From assembly GCA_047285535.1 (NCBI GenBank), contig JBJBDC010000001.1:1248136-1312135 (forward strand): 64,000 nt of DNA, read 5' to 3'. This DNA comes from Synechococcus sp. GTDB lineage: Bacteria > Cyanobacteriota > Cyanobacteriia > PCC-6307 > Cyanobiaceae. Positions 49,738 to 61,460 of this stretch are shown here, in pieces. Every line of letters begins with the position of its first letter. Position 1 is the first letter of the stretch. A program made the translations under genes and the position numbers. Under the pieces are notes generated by a model. That model did no database searches. It saw only the letters and a list, made by a program, of their open reading frames with translations, and was not told the origin of the DNA.

Positions 49738-50500
49738 TCGTGCGCAAACAAGCTTGCTATTCGAATGAACTCAAACCAGATTCGAATTCATCAAAGCCTC
49801 TAAAGAATGCCGCGGAATAATCAAACAGACATCACAACAAATAAACATCTGATAAATGACAATACTTTTCATGGCTAGCCAAACGAGTAACAATACCATT
49901 ATCAATCCAAAAGCATCAAGCAAACGCCTCAATGGGGAATTGAACGAAAAGGCAAGAATTAAACTTTCCCAAAATCAATGAAAAGATGTACATCATAAAA
50001 AGTCGATAAACAAACGACAGGAATGACAATTAATACCACAAATCAACTAGATCACATCGACAAAGAAAGCACCTTTCTTGACAACCAAGGATCAAATAAC
50101 ATGAATCAAAGACAAGCATAATCCATCTTCAATTAGCAAAGACCTAGAGCATGCTAATTAGTTATCAGAGCGACTTTCAAGTTCAAGAAAAAGGCCATAA
50201 ATAGTAGAGCTCAGATTAATGTAGATCAATCATTTTCAGAGCCAAGAGAAAGACACAATAAGAACGGTCACGAAAAACCAAGAAGAAACGAGAGCCCTAA
50301 AAGAACAGTCATCATTAGGAGACAAAATCCCGTCATTAGCCCACATTCCATGTCCAACACGAACATCAAAGGCATGAAAAACACTAAAACAGAGAAGACA
50401 AAAAGATAGAAATAATTAGGATGCTCAGTGTTGCAATCAGCTTCATGCACTTGGTTTGAATCAAGAGAGAAAAGTTGATGACTCATCCAAGTCGCTCTTG

Positions 50501-50728
50501 ATGTCAGCAGTCAACTCCAAGTCGCTTTGGACTCAAATACTGGGAGTGCCAATCGACTACTGCTGGCCAGTGACTGACTCCAGAGCAGAAACTCAAGTGG
50601 GACCTTGGAACAAACGCAGCATTGTAAAAAAGATCCATGTTTGCATTCATTCCAGCGCCAACAGAATGGCTGAAGAAATCATCAAAGGAAAAGAACAAAA
50701 GCCTGGTTTTCATAAAGAGTTCGTTTGA
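50501..50728 (+). CDS. Small hypothetical protein
   Basis: ATG-started portion of the tracked ORF; no family recognised. Confidence 0.4.
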   Translation: MSAVNSKSLWTQILGVPIDYCWPVTDSRAETQVGPWNKRSIVKKIHVCIHSSANRMAEEIIKGKEQKPGFHKEFV

Positions 50729-50938
50729 AAAGTGATCAGCTCAGACTGCAAAGGCGATACTCTGTGAGTATCGTTCTAGCAAACAAAGACTGACAACATA
50801 AATATTATCCCTAAAAAATCAATTCTCTTGTTAACTCAACGGAACCATACCCTATCAAAACCGATCAAGTTCAAATATGAGACCCAGAAAAAAGCATCAA
50901 CTCCAGGTAAAGCGTATAGGACAATAACCATCAATGCA

Positions 50939-51160
50939 TTAATCACTTGCGCAAGCCGTTGGCAGAGAGTCTTGATAAATTTTCAATTCTTTTTTCGCGA
51001 TGATCCAATCCTCAAGAAGACCTAACGCTTGATACTCTTTCCAGTTGATTTCAGCAGCAACAACACGAGCATGCAATGCTCTTTCAGTTTTTGTTCTAAA
51101 TCTAATAGTGCCGCTATCAAGCGGTGCAGTCGCAAAATAGTCCCAATTAGGCTCGATCAT
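50939..51160 (-). CDS. Small hypothetical protein (73 aa)
   Basis: ATG start, protein-like composition. Confidence 0.5.
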   Translation of the reverse strand: MIEPNWDYFATAPLDSGTIRFRTKTERALHARVVAAEINWKEYQALGLLEDWIIAKKELKIYQDSLPTACASD

Positions 51161-51374
51161 AGATCATATCATTCATCCCCATCAAAGCTCATGCTGACCT
51201 CCATAACTAAAAAGTATGCTTCACCATGAAGTTTTTTTTAAACAGCTATCCCTTTCAAATGAAACGCATTATATGCAGCACTAAGAATTAATATTTGACC
51301 TCCACAAATGTAAGAAAGAATCCAAACTCGACTGTCTCAACATGCAAAATGACAAATCAAAAGCTATTAAAGAA

Positions 51375-51506
51375 ATGGATTGGCGCATAATCGTTGTTTT
51401 CACGCCAATTGTTTTGGCAATATCTTGGGCTGGCTACAACATTGGCAGGGCAGCCCTAGCGCAGCTGCAGCTAGCCATCAATAATTTCAAAAAGAATCAA
51501 TCATAG
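51375..51506 (+). CDS. psbY: Photosystem II protein Y (43 aa), not in the ORF track
   Basis: MDWRIIVVFTPIVLAISWAGYNIGRAALAQLQLAINNFKKNQS matches the PsbY pattern MDxRxxxVxxPxxxAxxWAxxNIGxAAxxQ. Confidence 0.9.
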   Translation: MDWRIIVVFTPIVLAISWAGYNIGRAALAQLQLAINNFKKNQS

Positions 51507-52106
51507 GCAATCAAAAAAACAATACCAAATACTTCAGTTCACCGGATTCAAAAACAATCTCTCTTCAACGGCCTTCTTTTCAAACCATCATTCTTGGGCA
51601 ATCGATCAGAGTTAGATTTATTAAATCTAATCATTCAAAGTAGCGTTAATAGATACCCTCACAAGAAAACTTGCCTTAATGGTACTGAGAGCCCCTTGAG
51701 GACAGGTTCTAGCTAAATCTATGCTCATCAGGAATACTAGCGCCTGCAAAGGCCACAATCATCTTTTTGATCAAGATCCAGAAGGCATTAGAATCAAGGA
51801 AGGTTTCTAAACCAACTCAGAATTTCGACCGAAAAACACACAAAAACCTTACGCCATGACTCAATAAAAACGCGACAGGGATCAGCATCATTGAAGCCAT
51901 TTCTGCCAATGTTATTGATAACATAAAATTCATTTAACCTATATCACAGGCAATTTCAATAATAGAAACGAAGATAAACCAAAGACAGTGCGGCAACACT
52001 GCATAAATGACTATTCCTCCATTTACGTTGACCATTGGCCTTGAACATGGGCCTTCGCTCCCATAAAGTAATTGATCAATTGATAAGTCCTTAAGCGACT
52101 GAAGCG

Positions 52107-53189
52107 ATGGGAGATCACCCACTGTTCCAAGACCTACATTTTTTCCAAAGCAACCTCGGAATTGTGATCGGCACAATCGCCCTGATTGCTCTTTGGTTGG
52201 TCCTGAGCCTGTTAATCCGCCATGGACACCGAGGAACAGCCCTATTGGCTACAGCCATTCGACGTCCTCTAACACTAGGACTAAGTGCAGCACTATATCT
52301 TGGCTGGCTGACCAGATATTTAGCCCAATACAGCGATAGGGCTGACGTTTCTGCAAGCCTCATGATTTCAGCAACGATAACAATCATCTCCATCGGGTGG
52401 GCGGTGATTCGTTTGGGACAAACCGTGCTGCGATCAAACCGCTTCAAGACGTGGCTGAGGCTCGATGATCCCAAAGACGAGGCAATGCTGATTACATTGC
52501 TGGATCGTGTTTACACCATTGTGGTGATTGTCATCACCACTGCAGCACTGATGGTCACCTTTGGTGTGTCCAGCACAGCAGTAGCAACACTTTTGGGGGG
52601 TGCCGGCATTGGGATCGGTTTTGGGACCCAGCAGATTTCCCAGAACTTTCTCTCAGGATTCATGCTCTTCTTTAATCGACCATTCAAGGAAGGAGACTGG
52701 ATTAGCACCTCAGGGTTAGAGGGAACTGTTGAAAGTATCGGCTGGTACCACACACGCCTACGCACATTTGATCGCCGCCCTTTATATATACCCAACGCAG
52801 TGTTCGCAACTAGCCCGATCGAAAATCCTGGTCAAATGTACAACCGCCGCATCAAGGCAAGTCTCAGTCTGCGCTACGAGGATATTCCAAGAGTAGGCGA
52901 AATCACAGGTAAAATCCGAACAATGTTAGAACAACATCCTGATATCGACGAAAATCAAATCATTTTGGTCAACTTTAATCAGTGGGATTCTTCTTCGATC
53001 AATGTGATGGTCTACTGCTTTACACGTACAACAAACTGGAAACTCTGGCTGGATCAACAACAAGAGATATTTCTAAAAATGGCTGACATCGTACAGAGCA
53101 GCGGTGCCGACTTTGCTTTCCCATCTACCACCTTTTATCCAGCCCCTAATTCAAAAGAAAAAGAAGTCAATCCATTCAACATAAGCTGA
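52107..53189 (+). CDS. mscS: Small-conductance mechanosensitive channel
   Basis: GIGIGFGTQQ..QNFLSG, RPFKEGDWI, G.VE.IGW..T, IPNAVF, FAFPS. Confidence 0.92.
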   Translation: MGDHPLFQDLHFFQSNLGIVIGTIALIALWLVLSLLIRHGHRGTALLATAIRRPLTLGLSAALYLGWLTRYLAQYSDRADVSASLMISATITIISIGWAVIRLGQTVLRSNRFKTWLRLDDPKDEAMLITLLDRVYTIVVIVITTAALMVTFGVSSTAVATLLGGAGIGIGFGTQQISQNFLSGFMLFFNRPFKEGDWISTSGLEGTVESIGWYHTRLRTFDRRPLYIPNAVFATSPIENPGQMYNRRIKASLSLRYEDIPRVGEITGKIRTMLEQHPDIDENQIILVNFNQWDSSSINVMVYCFTRTTNWKLWLDQQQEIFLKMADIVQSSGADFAFPSTTFYPAPNSKEKEVNPFNIS

Positions 53190-54255
53190 TAAAGTAAAGC
53201 CAATTATTCAAACCAATATCAAATGGACGAGCATAATAGCGCGAGCAAAAACTAACGAACTTGAAATTTAGCCAACCAGCAAAGGGACATCATTGATGCA
53301 AACAATTGCGATGCACCGCTCCAATTGCAGATTCAAACCAACAGCAAACCATCAAAAAACAATTAAAGCCTTTAAGCGCACTGCATTAAACCCAGTAGCC
53401 AGCTAGTTACTTTGAAACACAAAAACCAGACAGTATTTCTCAAAAGGATAGAGCTGGTAGATCACCTCAATTAGCTTGACCCTTAAATGGGAAATTATTC
53501 AGCACAACCGATCACGATTGTCTCTACATCCAAAGAGAACCGGCAAACATATGGCCTGAACAATTGATTACCAACCTGCTCACATGCAATTTGTCATTAC
53601 TTTCATCTTCGAGACCAAACACGCATCAAGATCAGAAGGAACGGCATTATCACCTGCGTCGATCTTTGACTTGAAATAGATGCAAGTTGTGCCAAAGAAT
53701 GATGAGGGAAAGTCGAAGCGATACTTCCCAGATGCGCTGTCAGAGAAGAGGTTGTCTTATTCGCTCCTTCGCGTGACTGGCTAAAACAATACTTCAAAAT
53801 AAAGGCCGAGCCATGAATAACCTAGAGCTTCAAGTGAAAAAGAAACGCTACGGTCACGGGCAAGGCCTAGAAGCTTGGCCTGAAGAGACACCCTATCAAT
53901 GTTCCCTTGGCAAGGATGCCAGAGCATTCGGACCTAAGGAGGCAAAATGCCTCTCCTCATAAACTTGTATTTTTCATTACAGAGTGCATGGCCCATCCTG
54001 ATGAAAGCGACATTCAATCCTCGCCGTCAGTTAATTCATTACAGCTGGTGAGAGCCAATTGAGCCAGCTTGGGCGAATCACCATCAAGAGGTGTGTTGTA
54101 GGTCGTGATGTATTTGAGGGAGAAAGTCCTCATACATTGTGCACTTCACGAGAATGACGAATGCTCCTTGCTGATCAACCATAAAGCCAGTTAAAATTTA
54201 ATTTATCCTGGAACTTCTTTTTGAGCTTTACTAACCAAGCCTGCAACATGCATGA

Positions 54256-55032
54256 ATGAAACACATTGATCTGAACGGTGGGCTCGTCATGGTGACTGGT
54301 GGAGCGGGATCGATCGGAAGCGCCATTGCAATCGAGTGCGCCCGCGCAGGTGCAGCGGTTGCTGTTTGTGACATCAATGGCTCAGCAGCTGAAGATGTTG
54401 CCGTTGACATCCAACGCAATGGAGGGAAAGCTGCTGGCTACAAAATGGATGTGCGCAACCGTGAGGATGTCTGCGACGTCACAGCTAAGGCGATCGAATT
54501 TCTAGGGCCTTTACGAGGTCTCGTGACGGCTGCAGGGGTACTGCGAACAGATCCGATCGAAACCCAGGATGGGGAGCATTGGCGGGCGGTGATGGCAGTC
54601 AATGTTGATGGCACCATGCACGCTGTGCAAGCGGCAATTCCGCATCTGGAGGCCAACGAAGGTGCGATCGTCACATTAGGCAGCGTTTCAGCATTCATTG
54701 GATCGAATGATGGCGGGGCTTACACCACCTCGAAAGGAGCTGTTCTAAGTTTCACTTACGCAGCAGCGGGAGAACTTGCAAGTCGAGGTATTCGAGTCAA
54801 CAATGTCGCTCCTGGATGGGTGGATGGTGGTTTCACGCATCAAGCTCTAGCAACTAGCAACAAACCAGAGGAGCTCCGTTTACGCGCCAACCAACTCCAC
54901 CCTCTTGGTCGAATGGCCAAACCTATTGATGTGGCTAATGCTGTGGTATGGCTGCTGTCCGATCAGGCGAGCTTTGTTACTGGATCAATGCTGCTGGTCG
55001 ATGGTGGTTTCATGATCCAACACAGCGCATAG
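54256..55032 (+). CDS. Short-chain dehydrogenase/reductase
   Basis: VTGGAGSIG, YTTSK, IRVNNVAPG, PLGRMAKP.DVA, VTG..L.VDGG. Confidence 0.95.
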   Translation: MKHIDLNGGLVMVTGGAGSIGSAIAIECARAGAAVAVCDINGSAAEDVAVDIQRNGGKAAGYKMDVRNREDVCDVTAKAIEFLGPLRGLVTAAGVLRTDPIETQDGEHWRAVMAVNVDGTMHAVQAAIPHLEANEGAIVTLGSVSAFIGSNDGGAYTTSKGAVLSFTYAAAGELASRGIRVNNVAPGWVDGGFTHQALATSNKPEELRLRANQLHPLGRMAKPIDVANAVVWLLSDQASFVTGSMLLVDGGFMIQHSA

Positions 55033-55092
55033 ACAAAACCAAGAAGAGTTGCCCTGATTAATAATAGTCCCCAGTAAATCTCAGAAACCTGA

Positions 55093-55440
55093 GTGGCAAA
55101 ACAAAATCTAACCAATCTAGATTTCATGAATTTCTTCAACACCACGAAACAGTCATTCAGAAATAGGGCAACTGACCACTGTGAAGACACATCGTTAGCA
55201 GACAAAGATCTATCTCCCTTGAAAAAAAGGGAAAGATTTGCAATACTCTTCGTCCTACCCCTATTGCTTGTATTGCTTTCCTGTGAAGACTGGACGAACA
55301 AAAGCAAACGGACTTGTGCATTAGTTACTGCAGGCCAGATTAATGATGCAGAAGCAATGAAACGCTTAAAAATGCAAAAAATAGAAGGCAAATGGAGTGA
55401 TGAAGTCACTGTTTCCAACTACTGCCATTACTACCAGTAG
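55093..55440 (+). CDS. Hypothetical protein, possibly a lipoprotein; start uncertain
   Basis: Hydrophobic segment ending LLSC. Confidence 0.45.
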   Translation: MAKQNLTNLDFMNFFNTTKQSFRNRATDHCEDTSLADKDLSPLKKRERFAILFVLPLLLVLLSCEDWTNKSKRTCALVTAGQINDAEAMKRLKMQKIEGKWSDEVTVSNYCHYYQ

Positions 55441-55461
55441 ACTTTTCAAAAGGCGCAAATC

Positions 55462-55788
55462 ATGAGTCAAGCAGTGCGCAACCTATCCGTACCCATTTTA
55501 ATCGTCGTAGTTTTTTCTGCGATAATGCTTAATCAGAGAAACTTAAGAATAAACAGCTTTAAGAATGGAGCTGCTTGCATTTTAGGAGGAGTAAATTCAT
55601 ACCCAGCAAAAGGAAGCTGGACAGAAAAATGCGACAACTATTTCAACTACAAGATAAAAAATCTAAAGGCGGAACTAGACAATAATCCAGAAACTGGATT
55701 AACAAGAAACGAAAGAGCCAAACTAATCAGGCAAATAAATACGCTGAATTCACTCAAAAAAAATGGTGCGTTCCCAGAACAGGAATAA
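55462..55788 (+). CDS. Hypothetical membrane-anchored protein (108 aa)
   Basis: ATG start, N-terminal TM. Confidence 0.55.
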   Translation: MSQAVRNLSVPILIVVVFSAIMLNQRNLRINSFKNGAACILGGVNSYPAKGSWTEKCDNYFNYKIKNLKAELDNNPETGLTRNERAKLIRQINTLNSLKKNGAFPEQE

Positions 55789-56681
55789 CAATCAAGCAAT
55801 CACAAATAATTGAATAATGATCACAAGGAAACAAGACGCATGAAGCACCATGCCCCAATAAGCCCAGAAACTGACCTGAAAAGCTTTCTACAAGACATTT
55901 GTTTCGAGCATGATAATCATTGAGTTGTTCTTATTTCATACCACTCAAAACCACCGAAATCAAGAGACTAAAGCTTTGCAGCAATCCGCGAAAAAGACTT
56001 CACAGAAAAGGATAAAAAACGATAATGCAAACTATAACTATGCCTGGGAATAGTTCTCACAATCTCTCTGATTAACTCAGGACAACCAGAATGAGAGAAG
56101 AGTTCAAACATCAATAAAGTGGAAGAGCCACCTCTACCTGCCGATAACCTCACAACGAGACCGTAAGTAGATTGACAGCAGATAAATAAATAACAGAAGA
56201 TAGATTTTATCTAGGCCATCTGAGGAAAGCCTAATGAGAAGTGACAGCACACAGGGTTAACAACCCACGGACTAACATGGCCCTATACATGATTGAGGTT
56301 GATTCACACCTACTTAGCAGTTGGAGAGGCAACGTCTAGTGAAGAGAGAATATCAAACAGCGAATGACTCATCCGATCGAAGCAAAAAGAAAGTTTCAAC
56401 TACTTAAGTAAAGAGCTAAAAGCTCAAAGACAGGATGAGATTCACTTTGAACAAGAAGCAAAGAGTTTCAATGGTTCATCCTGTAGTCAAACAGAAAATA
56501 TAGAAAAAAAGCATGAAGAGCAGCTTTTTCCAAGTCAAAAGGAATGCAGCTTGTTTGACAGGGTGTGGGGATGAAGGTGCTGATTGCCACAGTCGATTCG
56601 AGCGTAGGGTCATAACAGTCCCAATAGCCATTGCGAAAAAAAGGACATGGGGTAAAAAGAGCCAAGTAATGGACTTGAGAT

Positions 56682-57365
56682 GTGTTTGTAACCACTTTTG
56701 GCCAAAAAGGAGGCGTTGCCAAAACTTGCACGAGTATTCATCTTGCTGCGCACTGGGCAGCAAGTGGGCGTTCGGTTGTCCTCGTTGATTCAGATCGAAA
56801 TCGATCAGCTACAGCCTATGCAGCAAGAGGCCATCTCCCTTTTGACGTCGTGCCGATGGAAGCAGCTGCCAAAGCAACAAGAAAGGCGGAGATTGTGGTA
56901 ACGGACGGACAAGCCAGTAGCAATGAGGAGGAGCTGAAAAATTTAGTGGAGGGATCTGATTTAATTATTCTCCCCACCACACCACAAAGCAGATCAATAG
57001 AATTGACCATTGAAATGTCATCTATGCTCAACAAATTTGACATCCCGTATGCGGCACTAATCGTTAAGGCTGACGCTCGAAAGAAGTCGTCTATTCAAGC
57101 CTCAAGAAATACATTAAGTGGGTTTAATATCAAAGTTCTTAATTCGGAAATTCCACTATTAAATGCCTTTGAGAATGCTGAAGCTGAGGGTGTCACTGTG
57201 GACAAAGCTGTCACAAAGAGCGGACGTTCTGATAAGAGAAGGATGTTGGGTCTTTTTGCCTATTCAAAAGCTTGTACGGAGATCGAACTGTTAATGCCTA
57301 GACCAAAAATCATCCCCATGCCCATCGGCTGGAACGTTTCCCGTATTGAAGATAGAGTGGCTTAA
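56682..57365 (+). CDS. ParA-family ATPase (orphan)
   Basis: Deviant Walker A QKGGVAKT, VVLVDSD, VVTDG, DLIILPT.P. Confidence 0.9.
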   Translation: MFVTTFGQKGGVAKTCTSIHLAAHWAASGRSVVLVDSDRNRSATAYAARGHLPFDVVPMEAAAKATRKAEIVVTDGQASSNEEELKNLVEGSDLIILPTTPQSRSIELTIEMSSMLNKFDIPYAALIVKADARKKSSIQASRNTLSGFNIKVLNSEIPLLNAFENAEAEGVTVDKAVTKSGRSDKRRMLGLFAYSKACTEIELLMPRPKIIPMPIGWNVSRIEDRVA

Positions 57366-57534
57366 TTGAAGCAACCTGGTTTGAACAAAGTGACGACAGC
57401 CCAGTCCTAAACTGGGTAATATACTGTTTACTGAAGTACCGATGCTGATAGTATTGTTGAGATCTTTGGCATGATTAAAGCAAGCAATAAAGATATATTC
57501 GATTCAATCCTGCGTTTTAAAGGCCTCAAGCCCA

Positions 57535-57768
57535 GTGCTAGAAAGCGCACAGAGAATCAAGCAGGAATTAGTCGAGACTCAAGAAGACTGGCTGAAATCT
57601 GCTTCAATTGAATGTACCCACTGTAGAGAAAGAGATTGTAAGCAACCATCGTCCGGCATGGACATCGATGAGGAGTGGACTGAGATTCAAAAAAACAGGA
57701 GCACCGCTCCGATTGCCCATCAACTTGCAGCCAGCTATATGGAGAGGCGATTCTTACTCCAATATTGA
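57535..57768 (+). CDS. Small hypothetical protein
   Basis: ORF with CTHC...C; no family recognised. Confidence 0.4.
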   Translation: MLESAQRIKQELVETQEDWLKSASIECTHCRERDCKQPSSGMDIDEEWTEIQKNRSTAPIAHQLAASYMERRFLLQY

Positions 57769-58083
57769 TTTACAACGAAACCGCATCAAGAGTTCAACGC
57801 GCCACTTAACAACCAGCCCGTAGCGCAGAGCTAGTGCAGATCTTGTGCACTAGCATAAAATCTTCTTACGATGCCGTAAAGAGCACACTCTAAAAACCCT
57901 AAAAACCAGAACAGGCTACAAGGCAACAATCAAAAAAAATGGATCTCAACTAAATCTCAAAAGAAGACAAAGTGCCCCTGAAGGGATCAACGAGATCAAC
58001 TGTTATTAATGTTACCCTCTAACAAATTTTCGGCAAATACTTTTTTCTTAGAGATATCATTTAAGTCAAGCCACTTGTAACAT

Positions 58084-58374
58084 CTAGACGACAAACGGTT
58101 TTCCAAGGCTGGACCTGATACCCATAAAGTAGGACTCAATAGCCCAATCCATCGCTTCACCTTTCTTTGAGCAGGGGTTCTGAGCTACAAATTCTTGCCT
58201 CAACAGCCAAATTTCATTCCATTGATTTCTAGCTTCATCTTTACTGAAGGGCTGTCCGTAAAGGCCATGAGCATTCATCTGAAGAAACCTGTTCGGATCC
58301 TTTAAATACTCATTCACTCGGTCCTCCCTTAAATGAGGGATCCATGAGTATTTGCGGTGATTTATTTCAGGCAC
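58084..58374 (-). CDS. Hypothetical protein (96 aa)
   Basis: Protein-like ORF; no family recognised. Confidence 0.55.
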   Translation of the reverse strand: MPEINHRKYSWIPHLREDRVNEYLKDPNRFLQMNAHGLYGQPFSKDEARNQWNEIWLLRQEFVAQNPCSKKGEAMDWAIESYFMGIRSSLGKPFVV

Positions 58375-59897
58375 TACTAACCGACTTCCAATTAATTACC
58401 GAAAAACGAAAATAACTACTGAGCCATGCTCAAGAAATTGAGTTAAGAAAGAGGATAGTTTGACAACAATCAACTCAATAATTATGGCCAATTCCTACCA
58501 AACTTTTGGCAAAAACCATCTACAACACTAAAACTTCTAGCAGATCAGAGCATGGAATTACATTGCCTTTCCAAGTCAGATCTAATCCGATAACACTTGC
58601 TCGATGACAGCAGAATGATACAGACGACATGACCAACACCCCCACGAACACGAACCCAGGAAGTTCAGATTCCAGGCATTTCCTCCTGATGTGAAACTGA
58701 CGGGATTTCAAACTAATACATACTTTGTATGACCATATTTATCATCAGGAAAACTTCTATCGTCGAAGAAGAAACAGATGCTTATGGCAGAAGACTCACA
58801 AAAGATTTTAGATCCGGCCTGGTTCAAGATAGGTAGCTGATTGCTGTGGCAAGGAGACTCAAGTTGCAACGCGCTTCTGAGAGTTGCTCTGAACCAAAAC
58901 AAGAGGTCTACCCATCCCTTGCAATCACAGAGATATTAATCTCACTAGCCACACACGAATCAATTCGAGGCTATTTGTGGGCTTCAGCTCGATGAATTGA
59001 AAGTCCCCCACAACACCAGAGAGAAGAGAGTTGCAGACGACTGAGATTTGACCTTGCCCTCCGATTAGATCTTCAGAGAAGCGCGACTCCTGCACACAAC
59101 CAGGTTATCTGATCGCAAGGCATTGGAGTGCTGGTTGGTGAATTTCCGGCAAAAGGTCTGCCTGCACGACAGCCCCATAAGCACTGAGATGCACGTAAAG
59201 AGCATGGCACCGAAGAGCGTGATTGAAGCTGGAATGAAAGGCCGTTCAACAGTGATCACCATTCTTGTTGATCGTCGAGGTGAAAATAAGTATGTATCCC
59301 TACGGACACAGAAGACCTCAAACGCTTGTATGGGCTTGGGTAAAGAATGCCTTGGGGGGACATTCTTACGTAGAACGGTCAGTTGAGAAGACGACCGTTC
59401 TTTTTTATTGATCAAGAATGTAACCCGCACATAGATCTATCTGCGAGCAGTCTTGCTTAAGCAGAAGACTCTAACTTTCCATACTTACGGAGTTGATGCA
59501 ATTCTTGGTGATGCAGTTTTCCCACAAGAAATACATGCTTAGTTCGCTGTATTGATCGCATGTCATCAACAACGTTCCGTGGCAACTTATACTTCATTTT
59601 TAGACTTGGTAAAATCTGATTGATTAACAGGTCTGACTTGATTAGCCCACAATCGGACTTTGTATATCAACCAACTTTCAACCGATATAAAATTGATGCT
59701 GCAGCTCTACTCTCTCTAAGACGACCGGAGAAACCGGCAAAAGTTCGCCCAGCATTTCCATCTATTCATACCAAACTAACAGAAAAAGGACTGATTCGTC
59801 AATCCAATTTGCAATCTCCCTTGGCCATATTAAACCAATTGAGGATGCACTGGAATGGATTGCATCTTGTAGCAAAGACTCATTTCTTTGATAATGA

Positions 59898-60074
59898 TTA
59901 GAGTCCCTTCTGCTGTCGTATCACCCAGGCTGAAGCTGCTTGCTGTTGCTTCCATGCCACAAGTAATTTTTTGGCAATGGATTGCAACTCTTCAACATCT
60001 TTTGAGCGATCAATCTCTCGTGAAAATTTCTCAATTTCAAACATCTGTCCGACAGTCAAAGCAATTGGATCCAT
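59898..60074 (-). CDS. NblA-like small helix-loop-helix protein (58 aa)
   Basis: MDPIALTVGQMFEIEKFSREIDRSKDVEELQSIAKKLLVAWKQQQAASAWVIRQQKGL resembles NblA (LT/SxxQxFxxxxxxxxI ... L..L....Q). Confidence 0.55.
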   Translation of the reverse strand: MDPIALTVGQMFEIEKFSREIDRSKDVEELQSIAKKLLVAWKQQQAASAWVIRQQKGL

Positions 60075-60272
60075 TGGTCTTTTTGCTTGGCCAACAAAAA
60101 ATAACTCTTTCGTCCAATCAACGCAAATCAATCAAGTAGTTGTTGCAACCGATTTAACGGTTTTATGCTCAAGTCACTACATTCGTCTTGTTACAGATTA
60201 ATGCCGAACAACCCTGATGACGTTGATCGGCACCGTTTATCACCCTAAAAAGCATTGTGCCAACAAGTTTTA

Positions 60273-60461
60273 ATGCACTTATCCTGGGAGCAACATCTGG
60301 AACTTTCAAAAAAAGTATCAGACACTGCAGACAGCAACAAAGGTATCGCCCTTGCGCTTATGGGCATTGGCTTATCGATGCTGTCTAAGGATCTTTTGGC
60401 TGAAGAATTACAAGAAAATCAAGCTGCGAGCATCCACCAAATCAATCCTTATCAGTGCTGA
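60273..60461 (+). CDS. Small hypothetical protein
   Basis: ATG-started ORF with a central hydrophobic helix. Confidence 0.5.
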   Translation: MHLSWEQHLELSKKVSDTADSNKGIALALMGIGLSMLSKDLLAEELQENQAASIHQINPYQC

Positions 60462-60717
60462 CTTAAATGGTGATCATCCTGTCATCAGCTCTGGCGGCCC
60501 GAAAGAGATCAAATTCAGGAGCATCGAGTCCTGCTTGATAGTCGTCAGAAAACCAAAGCCCCTCCATGTTCGGTGCTGTGAGTGCTCGGCTTTCATGCGG
60601 TCTCACTAGACCGTTTGCGCTGCCTAGACATCGACAGCTGACACGTTCTAATTGCAAAAGAGTATCAACAACAATTAGCCTCCTTGCTGAACAGAATCAC
60701 TGCAAAGAATACAGCTA

Positions 60718-60734
60718 TTGATTGTGATTCTCAA
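60718..60734. promoter_or_regulatory. Possible Fur-type operator upstream of ferritin
   Basis: ttgattgtgattctcaa, an imperfect palindrome of TTGAGAATnATTCTCAA type about 95 bp before the start. Confidence 0.35.
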
Positions 60735-60827
60735 CAGCAAATCTTGTCTTGATAATGTTCGGTTCATTCTCCTTACATCGTCGAAAAAATGTAATAGAAC
60801 GGAGGAGTCCTCGTTTCGGACACCCTC

Positions 60828-61409
60828 ATGACTCAATCCACAACCCAAGCCAAGATCAGCATCGCCACCGGACCTGCTGGTCGTGCCATGGCAGAAGCCA
60901 TGTCACCGGAGATGGTCAGCCAGCTCCAGGCCCATCTCAATCTGGAACGGCAATCCTCTGCTGACTATTTCGCTGCAGCCGTCTGGTTTGCAGAGCGCGA
61001 ACTCACTGGTTTTGCTGAACATCTGCGTGATGAAGCCAAGCAGGAGCAGGAGCATGCCGCAAAATTCGCCGACTATCTGATCTCCCGGGGTCAAACCGTT
61101 GAACTCGATACGATCGAAGCACCTCGCCAGACATGGCCCGATCCAGAAGAGGTGATCGCCAACGTTTTCAAGATGGAAGCGGATGTCACCAGTTCTGTGC
61201 TGCAGCTGTATGCCACAGCAGAGCGCGATGTTGATCAACGCACAACGGTTTTCCTTGATCCCGTTGTTGATGATCAGCGAGCCTCAGAACATGAAGCCGC
61301 TTACCTGCTGGGCCGGGTGAAGTATGCCAATGGTGAGCGTGCGGCGATGATGATCATTGACGCCGAACTCAGAGAAGATGAAGCGGAACCCGCAACGCTT
61401 CAGGGTTAA
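60828..61409 (+). CDS. ftn: Ferritin (non-heme)
   Basis: LQAHLNLERQSSADY, L.GFA.....EA..E.EHA.KF.DYL..RG, E.DVT..V.QLY, FLDP.V..Q..SE. Confidence 0.9.
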   Translation: MTQSTTQAKISIATGPAGRAMAEAMSPEMVSQLQAHLNLERQSSADYFAAAVWFAERELTGFAEHLRDEAKQEQEHAAKFADYLISRGQTVELDTIEAPRQTWPDPEEVIANVFKMEADVTSSVLQLYATAERDVDQRTTVFLDPVVDDQRASEHEAAYLLGRVKYANGERAAMMIIDAELREDEAEPATLQG

Positions 61410-61460
61410 GACTCAGTTCAAGCTTCTTGAACGATGCGTTTTCAATGTGGTCTGAATACG

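Noticed and set aside
53560..54200. Possible pseudogene remnants between mscS and the SDR
   Set aside because: Short broken frames with no identifiable motif
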